In this document: in pieces, positions 11,713 to 25,545 of the stretch
Layout: each line of letters begins with the position of its first letter
Numbering within the stretch: position 1 is the first letter of the stretch
Source of the DNA: Candidatus Binatia bacterium
GTDB taxonomy: Bacteria > Desulfobacterota > Binatia > UBA9968
Direction of reading: 5' to 3'
NCBI GenBank assembly: GCA_036390135.1
Contig: DASWCL010000294.1
Location: forward strand, 11,711-75,710
DNA length: 64,000 nt
The notes under the pieces: model-generated
The model's database searches: none
Told to the model about the DNA's origin: nothing
Seen by the model: the letters and a program-made list of their open reading frames with translations, nothing else
Translations under genes and position numbers: made by a program

Positions 11713-12903
11713 ATGAGCAAGCAGAAGTTTGAGCGCAAAAAACCACATCTTAATATCGGAACAATCGGTCACGTCGATCATGGGAAAACAACTCTAACCG
11801 CCGCGATTACAAAAGTTTTGGAAAAATCGGGTAAGGCAAAGTTTCTTGCCTACGACCAGATCGACAAAGCGCCTGAAGAAAGAGAGCGCGGCGTCACGAT
11901 CAATATCGCCCATGTTGAGTACGAGACCGATAAACGTCATTACGCTCATGTCGACTGTCCAGGCCATGCCGACTACGTCAAGAATATGATTACCGGTGCG
12001 GCGCAGATGGACGGGGCGATTCTGGTTGTCTCAGCGGCTGACGGTCCGATGCCTCAGACACGCGAACATATCTTATTGGCGCGCCAGGTCGGCGTGCCGG
12101 CAATCGTCGTCTTCCTTAACAAGGCCGACATGGTCGATGACAAAGAACTCTTAGAGCTTGTCGAGCTTGAAGTCCGCGAGCTGCTCTCGAAATACAAATT
12201 TCCCGGTGACGATACTCCCATCGTCATTGGCAGTGCACTGAAAGCGCTTGAAGGCGACACATCCGAAATGGGGGAAGGCGCGATCTTAAAACTCATGGAT
12301 GCAGTAGATTCCTTTATTCAAGAACCCGTGCGCGACATCGACAGGCCTTTTCTCATGCCGGTCGAGGATGTTTTTACGATCAGCGGACGCGGCACGGTTG
12401 TTACCGGGCGTGTGGAGCGCGGTATCGTCAAGGTAGGCGAGGAAATCGAAATTGTCGGCTTCAAAGCAACGCAAAAGACCGTGGCCACCGGCGTGGAAAT
12501 GTTCCGAAAACTGCTGGATGAGGGGCAGGCGGGCGACAATATCGGTGTCCTGCTTCGTGGTACCAAGCGAGAGGATGTAGAGCGTGGCCAGGTTTTGGCC
12601 AAGCCGGGCAGCATTACGCCGCACAATAGATTCAACGCCGAGGCTTATGTTCTGACCAAAGAAGAAGGCGGCCGGCATACACCTTTTTTCAATGGTTATC
12701 GGCCGCAATTCTTTTTCCGCACGACCGACGTAACGGGGGTCGTGAAGTTGCCTGAAGGTACGGAGATGGTCATGCCCGGCGACAACATCAACGTAGAAAT
12801 CGAGTTGATCACGCCTGTCGCCATGGATGATGGGTTAAAATTCGCTATTCGTGAAGGTGGCCGGACCGTCGGCGCAGGAGTGGTTACAAAGATTATTCAG
12901 TAA
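11713..12903 (+). CDS. tuf: elongation factor Tu
   Basis: 396 aa; [23 protein letters not shown]-motifs; downstream of the four-tRNA cluster. Confidence 0.97.
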   Translation: MSKQKFERKKPHLNIGTIGHVDHGKTTLTAAITKVLEKSGKAKFLAYDQIDKAPEERERGVTINIAHVEYETDKRHYAHVDCPGHADYVKNMITGAAQMDGAILVVSAADGPMPQTREHILLARQVGVPAIVVFLNKADMVDDKELLELVELEVRELLSKYKFPGDDTPIVIGSALKALEGDTSEMGEGAILKLMDAVDSFIQEPVRDIDRPFLMPVEDVFTISGRGTVVTGRVERGIVKVGEEIEIVGFKATQKTVATGVEMFRKLLDEGQAGDNIGVLLRGTKREDVERGQVLAKPGSITPHNRFNAEAYVLTKEEGGRHTPFFNGYRPQFFFRTTDVTGVVKLPEGTEMVMPGDNINVEIELITPVAMDDGLKFAIREGGRTVGAGVVTKIIQ

Positions 12904-12933
12904 CGGGTATTGCGGCCAAGGGAGGTTGCAGCT

Positions 12934-13086
12934 ATGCGGGAAATCGTAGGATTTGCTTGCGACCAATGTAAGCGCAAAAATTATACTTCGACAAAAAACC
13001 GAAAGAAAACCACGGACAAACTGTCTCTCAAGAAGTTTTGTGCTTCTTGCCGGGCCCACACCCTGCATCGCGAGGTTAAAGTCTAA
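12934..13086 (+). CDS. rpmG: 50S ribosomal protein L33 (zinc-ribbon C+ form)
   Basis: Manually translated 50-aa ORF (below the 60-aa ORF-track cutoff): MREIVGFACDQCKRKNYTST...FCASCRAHTLHREVKV; CxxC...CxxC. Confidence 0.8.
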   Translation: MREIVGFACDQCKRKNYTSTKNRKKTTDKLSLKKFCASCRAHTLHREVKV

Positions 13087-13097
13087 CAGAGATACAG

Positions 13098-13174
13098 GGG
13101 TCAGTAGCTCCAATTGGTAGAGCGCCGGACTCCAAATCCGGTTGTTGCAGGTTCGAGTCCTGCCTGACCCGCCA
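13098..13174 (+). tRNA. tRNA-Trp (anticodon CCA), CCA encoded
   Basis: Acceptor GGGTCAG/CTGACCC, anticodon loop CTCCAAA; conserved position between rpmG and secE. Confidence 0.85.
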
Positions 13175-13196
13175 TCTCGTTAGATTTTGGTGTCTC

Positions 13197-13412
13197 ATGG
13201 GGGATTGGATTCAACAAATCCAGGACGGCGCGCGGCATGGCGCAGAATTTTTCAAGGAATCGTGGCAGGAGCTGAAAAAGGTTTATTGGCCCTCGCGTAA
13301 GGAAACCTATGCAGCGACGCTGCTGGTAATTATCGTGGTGATACTCATTTCTTTGTATTTGGCCGCAGTGGACTTAGCTTTGACGAAGGCGATTCAGGCC
13401 GTCATCGGTTGA
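13197..13412 (+). CDS. secE: preprotein translocase subunit SecE
   Basis: 71 aa, single C-terminal TM helix, immediately upstream of nusG. Confidence 0.9.
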   Translation: MGDWIQQIQDGARHGAEFFKESWQELKKVYWPSRKETYAATLLVIIVVILISLYLAAVDLALTKAIQAVIG

Positions 13413-13430
13413 TCCTTTAGGCGCTACTTT

Positions 13431-13961
13431 ATGGCGAAACAGTGGTACATCGTTCACACCTTTTCGGGTTACGAACAAAAGGCCAAGGCGGCGCTTGAGG
13501 AGCGAATTAGGGCGCTGGGCAAGCAAGATTATTTTGGCGAGGTTTTGGTGCCAGTCGAAAAAGTCGTCGAACTGGTCAAGGGCAAGAAAAAAACTTCATC
13601 TCGCAAATTTTTTCCGGGCTACATTCTGGTTCAGATGGAATTGAACGATGACACGTGGCACGTGATCAAGGAAACTCCCAAGGTCACCGGGTTTGTCGGT
13701 GGCAGCACGAATCCGCCGCCGGTCAGTGACGAAGAGGTGCGAGCGATTACCCAGCAGATGGAAGAAGGGGCGATCAAGCCCAAGCCCAGGGTTTTGTTCT
13801 CCGTCGGTGAGAACGTCAAGGTGGTCGATGGTCCGTTCGCCGATTTCAATGGCGTGGTTGAAGAGGTCAAGCCCGACAAAGGCAAGCTCAGAGTTTTGAT
13901 CAGTATTTTTGGACGGGCGACGCCGGTGGAGCTTGAGTTTGTTCAGGTTGAACGCAATTAA
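13431..13961 (+). CDS. nusG: transcription termination/antitermination factor NusG
   Basis: 176 aa; NGN domain plus C-terminal KOW (GENVKVVDGPFADFNGVV). Confidence 0.95.
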   Translation: MAKQWYIVHTFSGYEQKAKAALEERIRALGKQDYFGEVLVPVEKVVELVKGKKKTSSRKFFPGYILVQMELNDDTWHVIKETPKVTGFVGGSTNPPPVSDEEVRAITQQMEEGAIKPKPRVLFSVGENVKVVDGPFADFNGVVEEVKPDKGKLRVLISIFGRATPVELEFVQVERN

Positions 13962-13979
13962 TCACAAGGATCGAATTGT

Positions 13980-14405
13980 ATGGCCAAGAAAATTATCGGC
14001 GAAGTCAAGCTTCAGATCCCAGCGGGACAAGCCAATCCAAGCCCGCCAGTCGGACCGGCGCTGGGTCAACGTGGTGTCAATATCATGGAGTTCTGCAAAT
14101 CTTTTAACGCCGCGACGCAGGCGCAGCAGGGGATGATCACCCCGGTGATTATTACCGTCTACGCCGATCGCTCGTTCACGTTCGTCACCAAGACTCCGCC
14201 GGCTTCGGTGTTGCTCAAAAAAGCCGCTGGCCTGGAAAAAGGATCGCCAGAAGCGGGGAAAACCACGGTAGGTAAAGTCACACGCGCCCAAGTCAGGCAA
14301 ATCGCCGAGTTGAAGCTTAAAGATCTAACGGCCAAAGACGTTGCCGCCGCAGAAAAATCAATCGAGGGTACCGCGCGTAGCTTGGGTTTGGAAGTCGAAG
14401 GCTAA
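13980..14405 (+). CDS. rplK: 50S ribosomal protein L11
   Basis: 141 aa, [40 protein letters not shown]. Confidence 0.97.
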   Translation: MAKKIIGEVKLQIPAGQANPSPPVGPALGQRGVNIMEFCKSFNAATQAQQGMITPVIITVYADRSFTFVTKTPPASVLLKKAAGLEKGSPEAGKTTVGKVTRAQVRQIAELKLKDLTAKDVAAAEKSIEGTARSLGLEVEG

Positions 14406-14483
14406 TGCCTCGGGGCTGCCGTGCACGGACTGTGAAAAGACGATGAGCGCCATAGGTTCGAGATGTTCGATGAGGGGACGACC

Positions 14484-15188
14484 ATGAGTGGAAACGGTAA
14501 GACTTATCGTGCCGCGCTGGAAAAAATCGATCGCAGCCAGCGCTATTTACTGGAAGACAGTTTGCGCTTGGCGAAGGAAACCGCTCGCGCCAAGTTTGAT
14601 GAGACCGTCGAGATGGCGATTCGGCTGGGTGTCGATCCCCGCCAGGCCGATCAGAACATTCGCGGCACCGTGACATTACCGCACGGCATGGGAAAGAGCG
14701 TGCGCGTTCTTGCGTTTGCTAAAGGTGACAAGGAAAAGGAAGCGCAAGACGCGGGCGCGGATTTTGTCGGCAGTGACGAGCTGATCAAAAAGATCAGCGA
14801 AGGCTGGTTGGATTTTGATAAGGCGGTTGCCACGCCCGACATGATGGGTGCGGTGGGGCGCATCGGTAAAATTCTCGGGCCGCGCGGCCTTATGCCGAAC
14901 CCAAAAACCGGCACGGTGGCCATGGATATCGGCAAAGCGGTCAAAGAAATCAAAGCGGGCAAGTTGGAATTCCGAGTCGATAAGGCCGGCATCGTTCATG
15001 TGCCGGTCGGCAAAGCCTCCTTCGGCGCTGAGCAGCTCATCGACAATGCGAAAGCAGTGTTGAATTCCATTCTGCGCGCGAAGCCGGCTTCGGCTAAAGG
15101 TAATTACGTCAAGGGCGTGACGGTTGCTACGACGATGGGTCCAGGAATTAAAATCGATCTCGCGCAAATTCGCGCCATGGCGGCGTAG
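14484..15188 (+). CDS. rplA: 50S ribosomal protein L1 (start at MSGNGK, GAGGGG RBS 7 nt upstream; ORF track extends to 14463)
   Basis: L1 family sequence; position after rplK. Confidence 0.92.
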   Translation: MSGNGKTYRAALEKIDRSQRYLLEDSLRLAKETARAKFDETVEMAIRLGVDPRQADQNIRGTVTLPHGMGKSVRVLAFAKGDKEKEAQDAGADFVGSDELIKKISEGWLDFDKAVATPDMMGAVGRIGKILGPRGLMPNPKTGTVAMDIGKAVKEIKAGKLEFRVDKAGIVHVPVGKASFGAEQLIDNAKAVLNSILRAKPASAKGNYVKGVTVATTMGPGIKIDLAQIRAMAA

Positions 15189-15252
15189 GCTCGCTGCATT
15201 TGAAGATGAATCGATAGTCGCATCACCGTGTCTCGACCTTAGGGAGAAGAGA

Positions 15253-15795
15253 ATGTCGGAAGCGCAAGTTGTCCGCGCCAGTCATGGCGAAAAATCCGAA
15301 ACTGTTGACGCCGTCCATCAGCGGCTAAAGACGGCCAAAATGGCAATCGTTACCGAGTATCGTGGACTGAGCGTAGCTCAGATGACTCGGCTGCGCCGGG
15401 AAATCCGCGACGCTTCGGGCGAATACCAAGTGATCAAGAATACCCTAGTGCAGCGCGCGCTCGACGGCACCGCATTCGGCGACTTGGAAAAACTCCTGGA
15501 AGGGCCAAACGGTTGGGTGTTTGCCTACGACGACCCGGTGGTTTTATCCAAAGCGTTGATCAAGTTCGGGGATGATAATGACAAACTGAAGATTAAAGGC
15601 GGGGTCTTTGAAGGTCGGTTCATGGACTCCGCCGGGGTTAAGGTCTTGTCTCAAATGCCGAGCAAGCCTGAACTCCAGGCAAGGTTGCTGGCGATGATCA
15701 ATGCTCCAGCAATACAGCTCGTGCGGCTCATTCAAGAGCCTGGAGCTAGAGTGGTGCGATTGCTCGAATCGGTGCGGAAAGCCAAGTTTGAATAG
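15253..15795 (+). CDS. rplJ: 50S ribosomal protein L10 (true start internal to the 15124 ORF)
   Basis: MSEAQVVRASHGEKSETVDAVHQRLK...; the upstream part of the ORF overlaps rplA in another frame. Confidence 0.9.
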   Translation: MSEAQVVRASHGEKSETVDAVHQRLKTAKMAIVTEYRGLSVAQMTRLRREIRDASGEYQVIKNTLVQRALDGTAFGDLEKLLEGPNGWVFAYDDPVVLSKALIKFGDDNDKLKIKGGVFEGRFMDSAGVKVLSQMPSKPELQARLLAMINAPAIQLVRLIQEPGARVVRLLESVRKAKFE

Positions 15796-15835
15796 CGGAT
15801 TTTTGTATAATTAATCAAAGGGGGGAAACGATTTT

Positions 15836-16213
15836 ATGGAAGGCGTGTCCAAAGAACAGGTTAAGGATTTTATTAAAAACATGAGTTTGATGGATGCTGC
15901 GGCGCTCGTCAAAGAATTGGAAGAAGAGCTTGGCGTGAGCGCGGCCGCTCCGATGGCGGTCGCCGCGGCTGCGGGACCGGCGGCCGCAGCGGCTGAGGAA
16001 CAGACCGAATTCAATGTCATTCTTGCCGAGGCCGGCGAAAAGAAAATTCAAGTCATTAAAGTCGTGCGTGAACTGACCGGTCTCGGGCTGAAAGAGGCGA
16101 AGGACCTCGTCGACGGCGCCCCTAAGCCAGTCAAAGAGGCGGTGGCTAAAGCCGAAGCAGAAAGTATTAAGAAAAAGCTCGAAGAGCAGGGCGCGAAAGT
16201 TGAAATCAAGTAA
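15836..16213 (+). CDS. rplL: 50S ribosomal protein L7/L12
   Basis: 125 aa, Ala-rich hinge, C-terminal [26 protein letters not shown]. Confidence 0.97.
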   Translation: MEGVSKEQVKDFIKNMSLMDAAALVKELEEELGVSAAAPMAVAAAAGPAAAAAEEQTEFNVILAEAGEKKIQVIKVVRELTGLGLKEAKDLVDGAPKPVKEAVAKAEAESIKKKLEEQGAKVEIK

Positions 16214-16281
16214 ACCGCGCGCGCTGGTGCGTCCTGATGAATTTGCCTTGATGGATTGTTGCCCGCAAGTTCGACAGAGGA

Positions 16282-19200
16282 GTGTCCATGGCATTTCAAG
16301 TTGCCAATAATTTGCGATTTCGCCGAAGCTTCGGCAGGATCCGAAAAATTATCGATCTTCCTTATTTAATTGAAATTCAAAAGAACTCGTATGAGTTATT
16401 TCTGCAAAAGGATGCGGCGCCGATGGAGCGCCAGAATATGGGTTTGCAGGAAGTTTTTAAATCCGTTTTTCCGATCAAGGATTTTAACGAGACCGCGTCG
16501 CTGGAGTTTGTCAGCTTTTCCCTCGGCGAACCCAAATACGACGTGGAAGAATGTCATCAACGCGGCATGACCTTCGCCGCGCCGTTAAAGGTCACAGTTC
16601 AGCTCGTGCTGTGGGATGTCGACCAGCAGACCGGGTCGCGGAGTATCAAAAACGTCAAGGAGCAGGAAGTCTATTTTGGTGAAATTCCCCTGATGACCAT
16701 CAATGGGACTTTCATGATCAACGGCACCGAGCGGGTGATCGTCAGTCAGCTGCACCGCTCTCCGGGAGTTTTCTTCGAGCACGATAAAGGAAAAACGCAT
16801 GCCAGCGGCAAGCTGCTTTATTCGGCACGCGTGATTCCTTACCGGGGCTCATGGGTAGATCTCGAATTTGATCCGCGTGACATTCTTTATGTGCGCATCG
16901 ATCGGCGGCGTAAGTTTCACGCCACCGTGCTGTTGCGTGCGCTCGGCATGACCACGGAAGACTTGCTTAACTACTATTACAAGAGCGACACCGTGGTTTT
17001 TGACGGACGCAAGCCGGCAGTCGTATTCAATCCCAGTCATCTGCTGAACGCCAAGGTGAGCGCGGACGTGCGCGATCCTAAATCCAATGACATTATCGTC
17101 AAGGAAGGCAAAAAATTTACCCGGCCGATCCTGCGGCAGATGGAAACGGCCAAAATGAAGCAGGTTCCCGTGATTTGGGAAGACATTCTAGGTCGGGTCG
17201 CCGCCCACGACATCATCGATCCGCAGAGCAAGGAAGTGCTGGTCGAATGCAATCATGAGATTACCCAGGAAAAACTCGACCTCATTCGGGACAAAGGAAT
17301 CCATCAAATCGATGTGTTGTTCATCGATGAGTCCAGCGTCGGCGCCTATTTGCGTAACACTTTGCTCCAAGATCGCATTAAGTCCCCCCAAGATGCGATC
17401 CTCGAAATCTATCGTCGTTTGCGCCCGGGCGACCCACCGACAGTCGAGTCGGCGACCAACTTTTTTAACAACTTGTTTTTTAACCCCGACCGTTACGATC
17501 TGTCCAAGGTGGGTCGGCTTAAGCTCAATCACCGCTTGAAGCTCAACGTCCCTCTGGAACAAGGAACCCTGCGCAAGGAAGATATCCTCGAAGTCGTGCG
17601 CTACCTAATGGAGCTCAAGAACGGCAATGGGTCGGTGGACGACATCGATCACCTGGGCAATCGCCGCGTACGCGCGGTTGGTGAGCTGGTGGAAAACCAC
17701 TTCCGTGTGGGATTGGTGCGCATGGAGCGGGCGATCAAAGAAAAAATGAGCCTGCAGGATATCGAAACTTTGATGCCGCAGGAATTGATCAACTACAAGC
17801 CGGTTTCAGCGGCGCTGAAGGAATTCTTCGGCTCGAGTCAGTTGTCTCAATTCATGGATCAGACCAATCCGCTCTCCGAAATCACCCATAAACGGCGACT
17901 CTCGGCATTAGGGCCCGGCGGTTTGACACGTGAGCGAGCCGGCTTCGAGGTCCGCGACGTGCATCCGACTCATTACGGCCGTGTCTGTCCAATCGAGACG
18001 CCGGAAGGTCCCAACATCGGCTTGATTGCGTCCTTGACGACCTATGCCCGCGTCAATGACTTTGGCTTTATCGAAACGCCCTATCGCGAAGTGGAAAACG
18101 GCCGGGTGACGGATCGCATCCGTTATCTCTCTGCGTTGGAAGAAGAGGATCATGTCATCGCTCAGGCCAATGCCTCCATTGATGGCCGCGGCAATTTTAC
18201 CGTGGACTTGGTTTCCGCGCGTAAAGGCGGCGAGTTTGTCATGGCGCGTCCCGAAGAGATTAACTTCATGGACGTGTCGCCCAACCAACTAGTGAGCGTG
18301 GCGGCTTCGCTGATTCCATTCCTAGAGAACGACGACGCGAACCGCGCATTAATGGGCTCCAACATGCAACGCCAAGCGGTGCCGTTACTTAGAACCGAGG
18401 CGCCACTCGTGGGCACCGGGATGGAAAAGACCGTGGCGCGTGATTCGGGCGTCACCGTGGTGGCGCGACGCGATGGTGTCGTGGAAAGCGTGGACTCGAC
18501 GCGAATCGTGATCAAGGCTGATAAGTCATCCGGTCCCAGAGATACCGGGGTCGATATTTATAATCTCGTCAAATATCAGCGCTCGAACCAGAACACGTGT
18601 ATCAATCAGCGACCAATTATCTTGGTCGGCGATCAGGTGAGAGCCGGCGATGTCATCGCCGACGGGCCATCGACCGAAATGGGTGAACTCGCTCTGGGTC
18701 GCAACGTGGTCGTCGCGCTCATGCCCTGGGGCGGGTATAACTTCGAAGATTCGATTCTGATCAGCGAGCGAGTAGTTAAAGAAGACATCTATACATCGAT
18801 CCACATCGAAGAATTCGAATGCGTGTCGCGCGATACTAAGCTCGGGCCAGAGGAAATCACCCGGGATATTCCGAACGTCGGTGATGAAGCGCTGATGAAT
18901 CTCGACGAAAGCGGCATTATTCGCATCGGCGCCGAAGTAAAGCCCGGCGATATTTTAGTCGGCAAAATCACCCCAAAGGGTGAAACTCAGTTATCGCCCG
19001 AAGAGAAATTGCTGCGGGCGATTTTCGGCGAGAAAGCCGGCGAAGTGCGCGACACGTCATTGCGCGTGCCGCCGGGTGTTGAAGGCACGGTGATCAACGT
19101 GCGCATTTTCTCGCGCAAAGGCCTCGGCAAGGATGAGCGCAGCAAAATCATTGAGGACGAGGAGGTCGCCCGGCTGAGGAAGGATCAGCACGACGAAATA

Positions 19201-20391
19201 CGAATTCTTCAAGACGGCGCTCTCAGACGGCTGAAAAGACTTCTCGTCGGGCGGCGGTTGGCCGGGAGAATCAGCGATGATAGCCGAAAAGTGCTGCTCA
19301 ACAAGGGTCAGGAATTAACCGAAGAAGATCTCGATCAGCTGCCGATGGCCTATTGGAGCGAAATCCGCGTTGACAACGAATCGGTGGAAACCGAGCTCGG
19401 CAGGATCATCGACAGCACGACGGGCCAGGTCAGTTTGATCAAACGGGTTTTTGAAGACAAGATTGAGAAACTCAAAGGCGGCGATGAGCTTCCTCCGGGC
19501 GTCATCAAGATGGTCAAAGTATTTGTCGCGATCAAGCGCAAGCTCCAGGTCGGCGATAAGATGGCTGGCCGTCACGGCAATAAAGGTGTCATTTCCCGGA
19601 TACTGCCCGAAGAGGATATGCCTTATCTCGAAGATGGCACGCCGGTCGATGTCGTGTTGAATCCGCTTGGCGTTCCTTCGCGCATGAACGTCGGCCAGAT
19701 TCTCGAGGCCCATTTGGGCTGGGCGGCGCGCAGTCTGGGGCACCAGATCGATGAATTGCTGCAAGTGCATCACGGTGACGGGGACGCTCTGCGGCGCCGA
19801 CTAAAAGATTTTCTCAACACCAAAGAAGCAAACGAGTTGATCGAAGGTGCCAAGGACCCCGACGTTTTCAAGCTCGCGGAAAAGTACCGCGAAGGCGTTC
19901 ATATCGCTTCACCCGTGTTTGACGGCGCCGCAGAAGAAGAGATTTTCAACCTGCTTAGAAAGGCGGGATTACCGGCGACGGGGCAGGTAACGCTCCACGA
20001 CGGGCGCTCGGGCGAACCGTTTGACGGCAAGGTGACGGTGGGCGTCATGTACATCATGAAGCTGCACCATCTGGTGGACGACAAGATTCACGCTCGCTCA
20101 ACCGGTCCGTACTCCCTTGTAACCCAGCAACCGCTGGGCGGCAAAGCACAGTTCGGTGGCCAGCGGTTGGGTGAAATGGAAGTGTGGGCACTGGAGGCCT
20201 ATGGCGCGGCTTATACGCTGCAGGAAATGCTAACGGTTAAATCCGACGATGTCATTGGTCGAACGCGCATGTATGAAGCGATCGTCAAAGGCGACAATCT
20301 ACTCGAGCCCGGATTGCCGGAGTCTTTCAACGTCATGGTCAAGGAACTTCAGAGCTTGGGCTTGGATGTCGATTTGGTCGAAGAAAAATAG
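16282..20391 (+). CDS. rpoB: DNA-directed RNA polymerase subunit beta
   Basis: 1369 aa; conserved rpoB regions throughout. Confidence 0.98.
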   Translation: MSMAFQVANNLRFRRSFGRIRKIIDLPYLIEIQKNSYELFLQKDAAPMERQNMGLQEVFKSVFPIKDFNETASLEFVSFSLGEPKYDVEECHQRGMTFAAPLKVTVQLVLWDVDQQTGSRSIKNVKEQEVYFGEIPLMTINGTFMINGTERVIVSQLHRSPGVFFEHDKGKTHASGKLLYSARVIPYRGSWVDLEFDPRDILYVRIDRRRKFHATVLLRALGMTTEDLLNYYYKSDTVVFDGRKPAVVFNPSHLLNAKVSADVRDPKSNDIIVKEGKKFTRPILRQMETAKMKQVPVIWEDILGRVAAHDIIDPQSKEVLVECNHEITQEKLDLIRDKGIHQIDVLFIDESSVGAYLRNTLLQDRIKSPQDAILEIYRRLRPGDPPTVESATNFFNNLFFNPDRYDLSKVGRLKLNHRLKLNVPLEQGTLRKEDILEVVRYLMELKNGNGSVDDIDHLGNRRVRAVGELVENHFRVGLVRMERAIKEKMSLQDIETLMPQELINYKPVSAALKEFFGSSQLSQFMDQTNPLSEITHKRRLSALGPGGLTRERAGFEVRDVHPTHYGRVCPIETPEGPNIGLIASLTTYARVNDFGFIETPYREVENGRVTDRIRYLSALEEEDHVIAQANASIDGRGNFTVDLVSARKGGEFVMARPEEINFMDVSPNQLVSVAASLIPFLENDDANRALMGSNMQRQAVPLLRTEAPLVGTGMEKTVARDSGVTVVARRDGVVESVDSTRIVIKADKSSGPRDTGVDIYNLVKYQRSNQNTCINQRPIILVGDQVRAGDVIADGPSTEMGELALGRNVVVALMPWGGYNFEDSILISERVVKEDIYTSIHIEEFECVSRDTKLGPEEITRDIPNVGDEALMNLDESGIIRIGAEVKPGDILVGKITPKGETQLSPEEKLLRAIFGEKAGEVRDTSLRVPPGVEGTVINVRIFSRKGLGKDERSKIIEDEEVARLRKDQHDEIRILQDGALRRLKRLLVGRRLAGRISDDSRKVLLNKGQELTEEDLDQLPMAYWSEIRVDNESVETELGRIIDSTTGQVSLIKRVFEDKIEKLKGGDELPPGVIKMVKVFVAIKRKLQVGDKMAGRHGNKGVISRILPEEDMPYLEDGTPVDVVLNPLGVPSRMNVGQILEAHLGWAARSLGHQIDELLQVHHGDGDALRRRLKDFLNTKEANELIEGAKDPDVFKLAEKYREGVHIASPVFDGAAEEEIFNLLRKAGLPATGQVTLHDGRSGEPFDGKVTVGVMYIMKLHHLVDDKIHARSTGPYSLVTQQPLGGKAQFGGQRLGEMEVWALEAYGAAYTLQEMLTVKSDDVIGRTRMYEAIVKGDNLLEPGLPESFNVMVKELQSLGLDVDLVEEK

Positions 20392-20435
20392 CTAACCCCA
20401 GTTGTTCAGCTGCTTGAACCGGAGGTGATCCGATT

Positions 20436-23400
20436 ATGGAAGATCTGTTTAATTTATTTGAAAAGCCGAAGAATCCGCTAAGTTTTAACGCGATTAAAGT
20501 TTCGGTAGCGTCACCTGAGAAGATTCGCTCTTGGTCGCACGGTGAAGTCAAGAAGCCGGAAACCATTAACTATCGGACCTTCAAGCCCGAGCGCGATGGA
20601 TTGTTCTGTGCCAAGATTTTTGGACCGACCAAGGACTACGAATGCAATTGCGGCAAATACAAACGCATGCGCCACCGTGGCGTGGTCTGCGAGAAATGCG
20701 GCGTCGAGGTTATTCAGTCCAAAGTCCGCCGCGAACGCATGGGTCATATCGAATTAGCGACACCGGTGGTGCACATCTGGTTTTTAAAGAGTTTACCAAG
20801 TCGTATCGGCGCGCTGCTCGACATGTCGCTTAAGGAAATTGAGAAAGTTCTCTATTTCGAATCTTATATCGTTGTCGATCCGGGTGAAACACCCCTGCAG
20901 TACAAAGAGCTCTTGACCGAAGCCCGCTATCGCAAGGCCGTGGAAGAGTTTGGCGGAAAATTTGTCGCCGAAATGGGTGCTGAGGCGGTCCGTAAATTAC
21001 TTAAGGCGATCGATATCCCCAAGCTTTCGGATGACCTTCGCCAGGAAATGCGCGACGCCAATTCGGAGGTCCGCCGCAAAAAAATGGCCAAGCGTTTAAA
21101 GGTCATCAATGCTTTTCGGATTTCAGGCAATCGACCGGAATGGATGGTGATGGAAGTGGTTCCCGTCATTCCTCCGGATCTCCGTCCGTTGGTGCCGTTG
21201 GACGGCGGTCGTTTTGCTACGTCGGATTTGAACGATCTCTATCGCCGCGTCATCAATCGCAATAACCGGCTCAAACGGCTAATGGAGCTGAGCGCGCCCG
21301 ATATGATCATTCGCAATGAAAAGCGCATGCTCCAGGAGGCCGTGGATGCGTTGTTCGACAACGGGCGACGGGGCCGTGCGATCACCGGTCAAAATCGCCG
21401 GCCGCTCAAGTCATTGAGCGATATGCTCAAAGGCAAGACCGGCCGCTTCCGGCAAAACCTGCTCGGTAAACGGGTCGATTATTCGGGTCGTTCGGTCATC
21501 GTCGTCGGACCCGAGCTGCGTTTGCATCAATGTGGGTTGCCGAAAAAAATGGCCCTCGAGCTGTTCAAGCCGTTCATCTACAACAAGCTTGAAGAACGCG
21601 GTCATGTCACAACGATCAAGAGCGCCAAAAAGATGGTCGAGCGCGAATTGCCCGAGGTTTGGGATATTCTCGACGAGGTGATCCGCGAGCATCCGGTCAT
21701 GCTCAACCGCGCGCCGACGCTGCATCGGCTGGGCATTCAAGCCTTTGAGCCGATTCTGATTGAAGGCAAAGCAATCCAGCTTCATCCCCTCGTATGCGCC
21801 GCCTACAACGCTGATTTCGACGGCGATCAAATGGCAGTGCATGTGCCGCTCTCCGTTGAAGCGCAAGTCGAAGCACGGGCGCTGATGATGTCGACCAATA
21901 ATATTCTCTCGCCCGCCAACGGTAAGCCGATCATCGTGCCGACGCAAGACATCGTTTTGGGGCTTTACTATATGACGCGCGATCGATTGCACGCCAAAGG
22001 CAGCGGACGCCTTTTCAGCAATCCCACCGAAGTGCGGATCGCCTATGATCAAGGTGAAATGGATATCCAAGCGCCGATCACCGTGAGAATTAATGGCGAA
22101 CGCTTGGAAACCACCGTCGGTAGGATATTGCTCTCCGAGGTCGTGCCCACCGTGATTCCTTTTAAAGAAGTCAATCGCGTGATGAAGAAAAAGGAGTTGG
22201 CGAATCTCATTGATGTCAGCTATCGATTGGCCGGCAATAAGGCGACGGTCATTCTCGCTGATCGCTTAAAAGATATTGGTTACGAAAACGCGACTAAGGC
22301 GGGGATATCTATTTCCATCAAAGATATGGTCATCCCGCCGAGCAAAGAAGGGCTGCTCAAGAATGCTCATGATGATGTGCGGGAGATCGAAGAACAGTAC
22401 AAGAACGGACTCATCACCGACGGCGAGCGATACAATAAAGTCGTCGATATTTGGGCCGAGGTAACGGATCGGATCGCTGACGAAATGCTGCGCGACCTCG
22501 GATCGGAAAAAGTCACCGACGAACAAGGTCGTGAAACGATGGTGCCGAGTTTCAACCCGATCTTTATGATGGCGGACTCCGGCGCCCGCGGCAGCGCTCA
22601 GCAGATTCGCCAGCTGGCCGGTATGCGTGGCTTGATGGCGAAACCATCCGGGGAAATTATCGAGACGCCGATCACCGCGAATTTTCGCGAGGGATTGACC
22701 GTGTTGCAATATTTCATCTCGACCCACGGCGCGCGCAAAGGCTTGGCCGACACGGCGTTGAAGACGGCGAATTCTGGCTACCTCACGCGCCGACTCGTGG
22801 ATGTCGCGCAAGATGCCGTGATCGCCGAGGAAGATTGCGGCACCATGGACGGCATCGAGATGACGCCACTGATGGAGGGCGGCGAGATCATCGAGCCGCT
22901 CGGCGACCGAGTGCTCGGACGGGTGGCGTTAGAAGATGTCAAAGACCCGTTCACCGGCGATGTGATCGTCAAGGCAAATCAGGAGATCAACGAAGAGCTG
23001 GTGCAGCGCATCGACGATGCCGGTTTAGAACGGATCAGGATCCGTTCAGTGTTGACCTGTGCTTCGCGCCGCGGTGTTTGCGTCATGTGTTACGGGCGCG
23101 ATCTTGGCCGCGGTCACATGATCAACTTGGGCGAGGCGGTCGGCGTGATCGCCGCGCAATCAATTGGCGAGCCCGGCACGCAGCTGACGATGCGCACGTT
23201 CCATATCGGCGGTACCGCCAGCCGGCGCGCCGAACAAACTACCCTTGAGTCACGCAACGAAGGTTTCATTAAGTTCATCAACATCAATACCGTGACCAAC
23301 AAAGACGGCGATCTCGTGGTCATGAACCGCAATGGTGAAGTGGCGATCGTCGATTATCCGGAAGGTGAAAAGGGTCGCGAGCGCGAGCGCGAACGTTATC

Positions 23401-24563
23401 CGGTGGTTTACGGCGCCAAGTTAAAAAAGAAAGATGGAAACCGCATTAAAGCCGGTGAGCTCTTGGCGGAATGGGATCCCTATACGATACCGATTCTCAC
23501 CGAGGTCAGCGGCGTCGTCAAGTTCGGTGACGTCATCGAAAACGTGACGATGGAAGAGCGGGTCGACGAGCGAACCGGCTTGTCAACCAAGATCATCACT
23601 GATTCGAAAGACATCGACAAAAGACCGCGTATCTCGATCAAAGATGTCGGAGGACAAACCGCGCGCCTCTCGGTTACTGCGGAAGCGCGCTATCTCTTGC
23701 CGGTGGGCGTGCATATCAACGTCCAAGAGGGCCAGACCGTGTATGCGGGCGACGCCTTGGCGAAGATGCCGCGTGAGACGACCAAGACGAAGGACATCAC
23801 AGGCGGGTTGCCTCGTGTCGCTGAACTCTTCGAGGCGCGCAAACCAAAAGAGTTTGCGGTCATTACCGAAATCGACGGCATCGTTTCGTTCGGCAAAGAC
23901 ACCAAGGGAAAGCGCAAAGTCGTCGTCACTCCCGAGGTCGGCGAGCCGCGCGAATATTTGATCCCCAAGGGCAAACATATCAGCGTGCACGACGGCGATA
24001 GAATTAAAGCCGGTGAAGCTCTGATGGACGGTTCATCCAACCCGCACGACATCTTGAATATTCTCGGTGAAAAAGCGTTGGCCAAATATTTGGTGGATGA
24101 AGTGCAGGAAATTTACCGTTTGCAGGGCGTGCGAATCAACGATAAGCACATCGAAGTCATCGTCCGCCAAATGCTCCGCCGGGTGCGTATCAAGGAGGTC
24201 GGCGACACCGAATTCTTGATCGGTGATCAAGTCGAAAAATGGCGCTTCGAAGAGGAGAATCAAAAAGCCATCAGCGGAAGCGGCAAACCGGCGGTGGCGG
24301 AACCGCTGCTGCTCGGCATCACCAAAGCGTCGCTTTCGACGGAAAGCTTTATTTCGGCGGCATCGTTCCAGGAAACTACCAAGGTGCTTACGGAGGCGGC
24401 GATTCACGGGAAAGTCGACTTGCTTTGCGGTTTGAAGGAAAACGTAATCATGGGACGTTTGATCCCGGCGGGCACGGGCGTGTCGAAATATTCCAAAGCG
24501 GAAATTGAAATCGACGAACCCGAGGGACCGAATGGGTCGATTTCTGAAGCTGCGGAGGCTTGA
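20436..24563 (+). CDS. rpoC: DNA-directed RNA polymerase subunit beta'
   Basis: 1375 aa; zinc-binding [20 protein letters not shown], catalytic NADFDGD. Confidence 0.98.
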   Translation: MEDLFNLFEKPKNPLSFNAIKVSVASPEKIRSWSHGEVKKPETINYRTFKPERDGLFCAKIFGPTKDYECNCGKYKRMRHRGVVCEKCGVEVIQSKVRRERMGHIELATPVVHIWFLKSLPSRIGALLDMSLKEIEKVLYFESYIVVDPGETPLQYKELLTEARYRKAVEEFGGKFVAEMGAEAVRKLLKAIDIPKLSDDLRQEMRDANSEVRRKKMAKRLKVINAFRISGNRPEWMVMEVVPVIPPDLRPLVPLDGGRFATSDLNDLYRRVINRNNRLKRLMELSAPDMIIRNEKRMLQEAVDALFDNGRRGRAITGQNRRPLKSLSDMLKGKTGRFRQNLLGKRVDYSGRSVIVVGPELRLHQCGLPKKMALELFKPFIYNKLEERGHVTTIKSAKKMVERELPEVWDILDEVIREHPVMLNRAPTLHRLGIQAFEPILIEGKAIQLHPLVCAAYNADFDGDQMAVHVPLSVEAQVEARALMMSTNNILSPANGKPIIVPTQDIVLGLYYMTRDRLHAKGSGRLFSNPTEVRIAYDQGEMDIQAPITVRINGERLETTVGRILLSEVVPTVIPFKEVNRVMKKKELANLIDVSYRLAGNKATVILADRLKDIGYENATKAGISISIKDMVIPPSKEGLLKNAHDDVREIEEQYKNGLITDGERYNKVVDIWAEVTDRIADEMLRDLGSEKVTDEQGRETMVPSFNPIFMMADSGARGSAQQIRQLAGMRGLMAKPSGEIIETPITANFREGLTVLQYFISTHGARKGLADTALKTANSGYLTRRLVDVAQDAVIAEEDCGTMDGIEMTPLMEGGEIIEPLGDRVLGRVALEDVKDPFTGDVIVKANQEINEELVQRIDDAGLERIRIRSVLTCASRRGVCVMCYGRDLGRGHMINLGEAVGVIAAQSIGEPGTQLTMRTFHIGGTASRRAEQTTLESRNEGFIKFININTVTNKDGDLVVMNRNGEVAIVDYPEGEKGRERERERYPVVYGAKLKKKDGNRIKAGELLAEWDPYTIPILTEVSGVVKFGDVIENVTMEERVDERTGLSTKIITDSKDIDKRPRISIKDVGGQTARLSVTAEARYLLPVGVHINVQEGQTVYAGDALAKMPRETTKTKDITGGLPRVAELFEARKPKEFAVITEIDGIVSFGKDTKGKRKVVVTPEVGEPREYLIPKGKHISVHDGDRIKAGEALMDGSSNPHDILNILGEKALAKYLVDEVQEIYRLQGVRINDKHIEVIVRQMLRRVRIKEVGDTEFLIGDQVEKWRFEEENQKAISGSGKPAVAEPLLLGITKASLSTESFISAASFQETTKVLTEAAIHGKVDLLCGLKENVIMGRLIPAGTGVSKYSKAEIEIDEPEGPNGSISEAAEA

Positions 24564-24566
24564 GCT

Positions 24567-24595
24567 TTGACAAGGGTTGGTTATTTTGTTAAAAA
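24567..24595 (+). promoter_or_regulatory. candidate sigma70 promoter (TTGACA-N17-TAAAAA) for rpsL-rpsG-fusA
   Basis: Consensus -35 directly after the rpoC stop, 17-nt spacer, A/T-rich -10; about 75 nt upstream of rpsL. Confidence 0.45.
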
Positions 24596-24669
24596 CAGGA
24601 TTTCCTCTTGGAAAATTCAAGTAACAAGCAGTTCTCTAGACTTCCGGTTCACATTGCGAATGAGAAGAT

Positions 24670-25041
24670 ATGCCGACGATTAGCCAATTAGTGCGCGATA
24701 GCCGCGAAAAACAGCGACCGAAAAATACCGCACCCGCGCTGCAGGGTTGCCCGCAAAAGCGCGGCGTATGCACGCGCGTCTACACCTCGACGCCGAAAAA
24801 ACCCAATTCCGCGTTGCGCAAAGTCGCGCGCGTGCGGCTGACCAACGGCATCGAGGTAACGTCCTACATTCCGGGTGTCGGGCATAATTTGCAGGAGCAC
24901 TCGGTGGTGTTGATTCGCGGCGGTCGCGTGAAGGATCTGCCGGGCGTCCGTTACCACATTGTGCGCGGAACTTTGGATTCGATCGGTGTTCAAGAACGCC
25001 GCCAGGGGCGCTCCAAATACGGCGCCAAGAAACCGAAGTAG
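24670..25041 (+). CDS. rpsL: 30S ribosomal protein S12
   Basis: 123 aa, [14 protein letters not shown]...[19 protein letters not shown]. Confidence 0.98.
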   Translation: MPTISQLVRDSREKQRPKNTAPALQGCPQKRGVCTRVYTSTPKKPNSALRKVARVRLTNGIEVTSYIPGVGHNLQEHSVVLIRGGRVKDLPGVRYHIVRGTLDSIGVQERRQGRSKYGAKKPK

Positions 25042-25518
<477 letters not shown>

Positions 25519-25545
25519 CGTAATAGCGCGAATGATGCGAGAAAA

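Noticed and set aside
21411-22070. 219-aa and other long minus-strand ORFs inside rpoC/rpoB (e.g. 22266..22811, 24033..24620, 19315..19773)
   Set aside because: Antisense to highly conserved rpoB/rpoC coding sequence. These are GC-driven artefacts.
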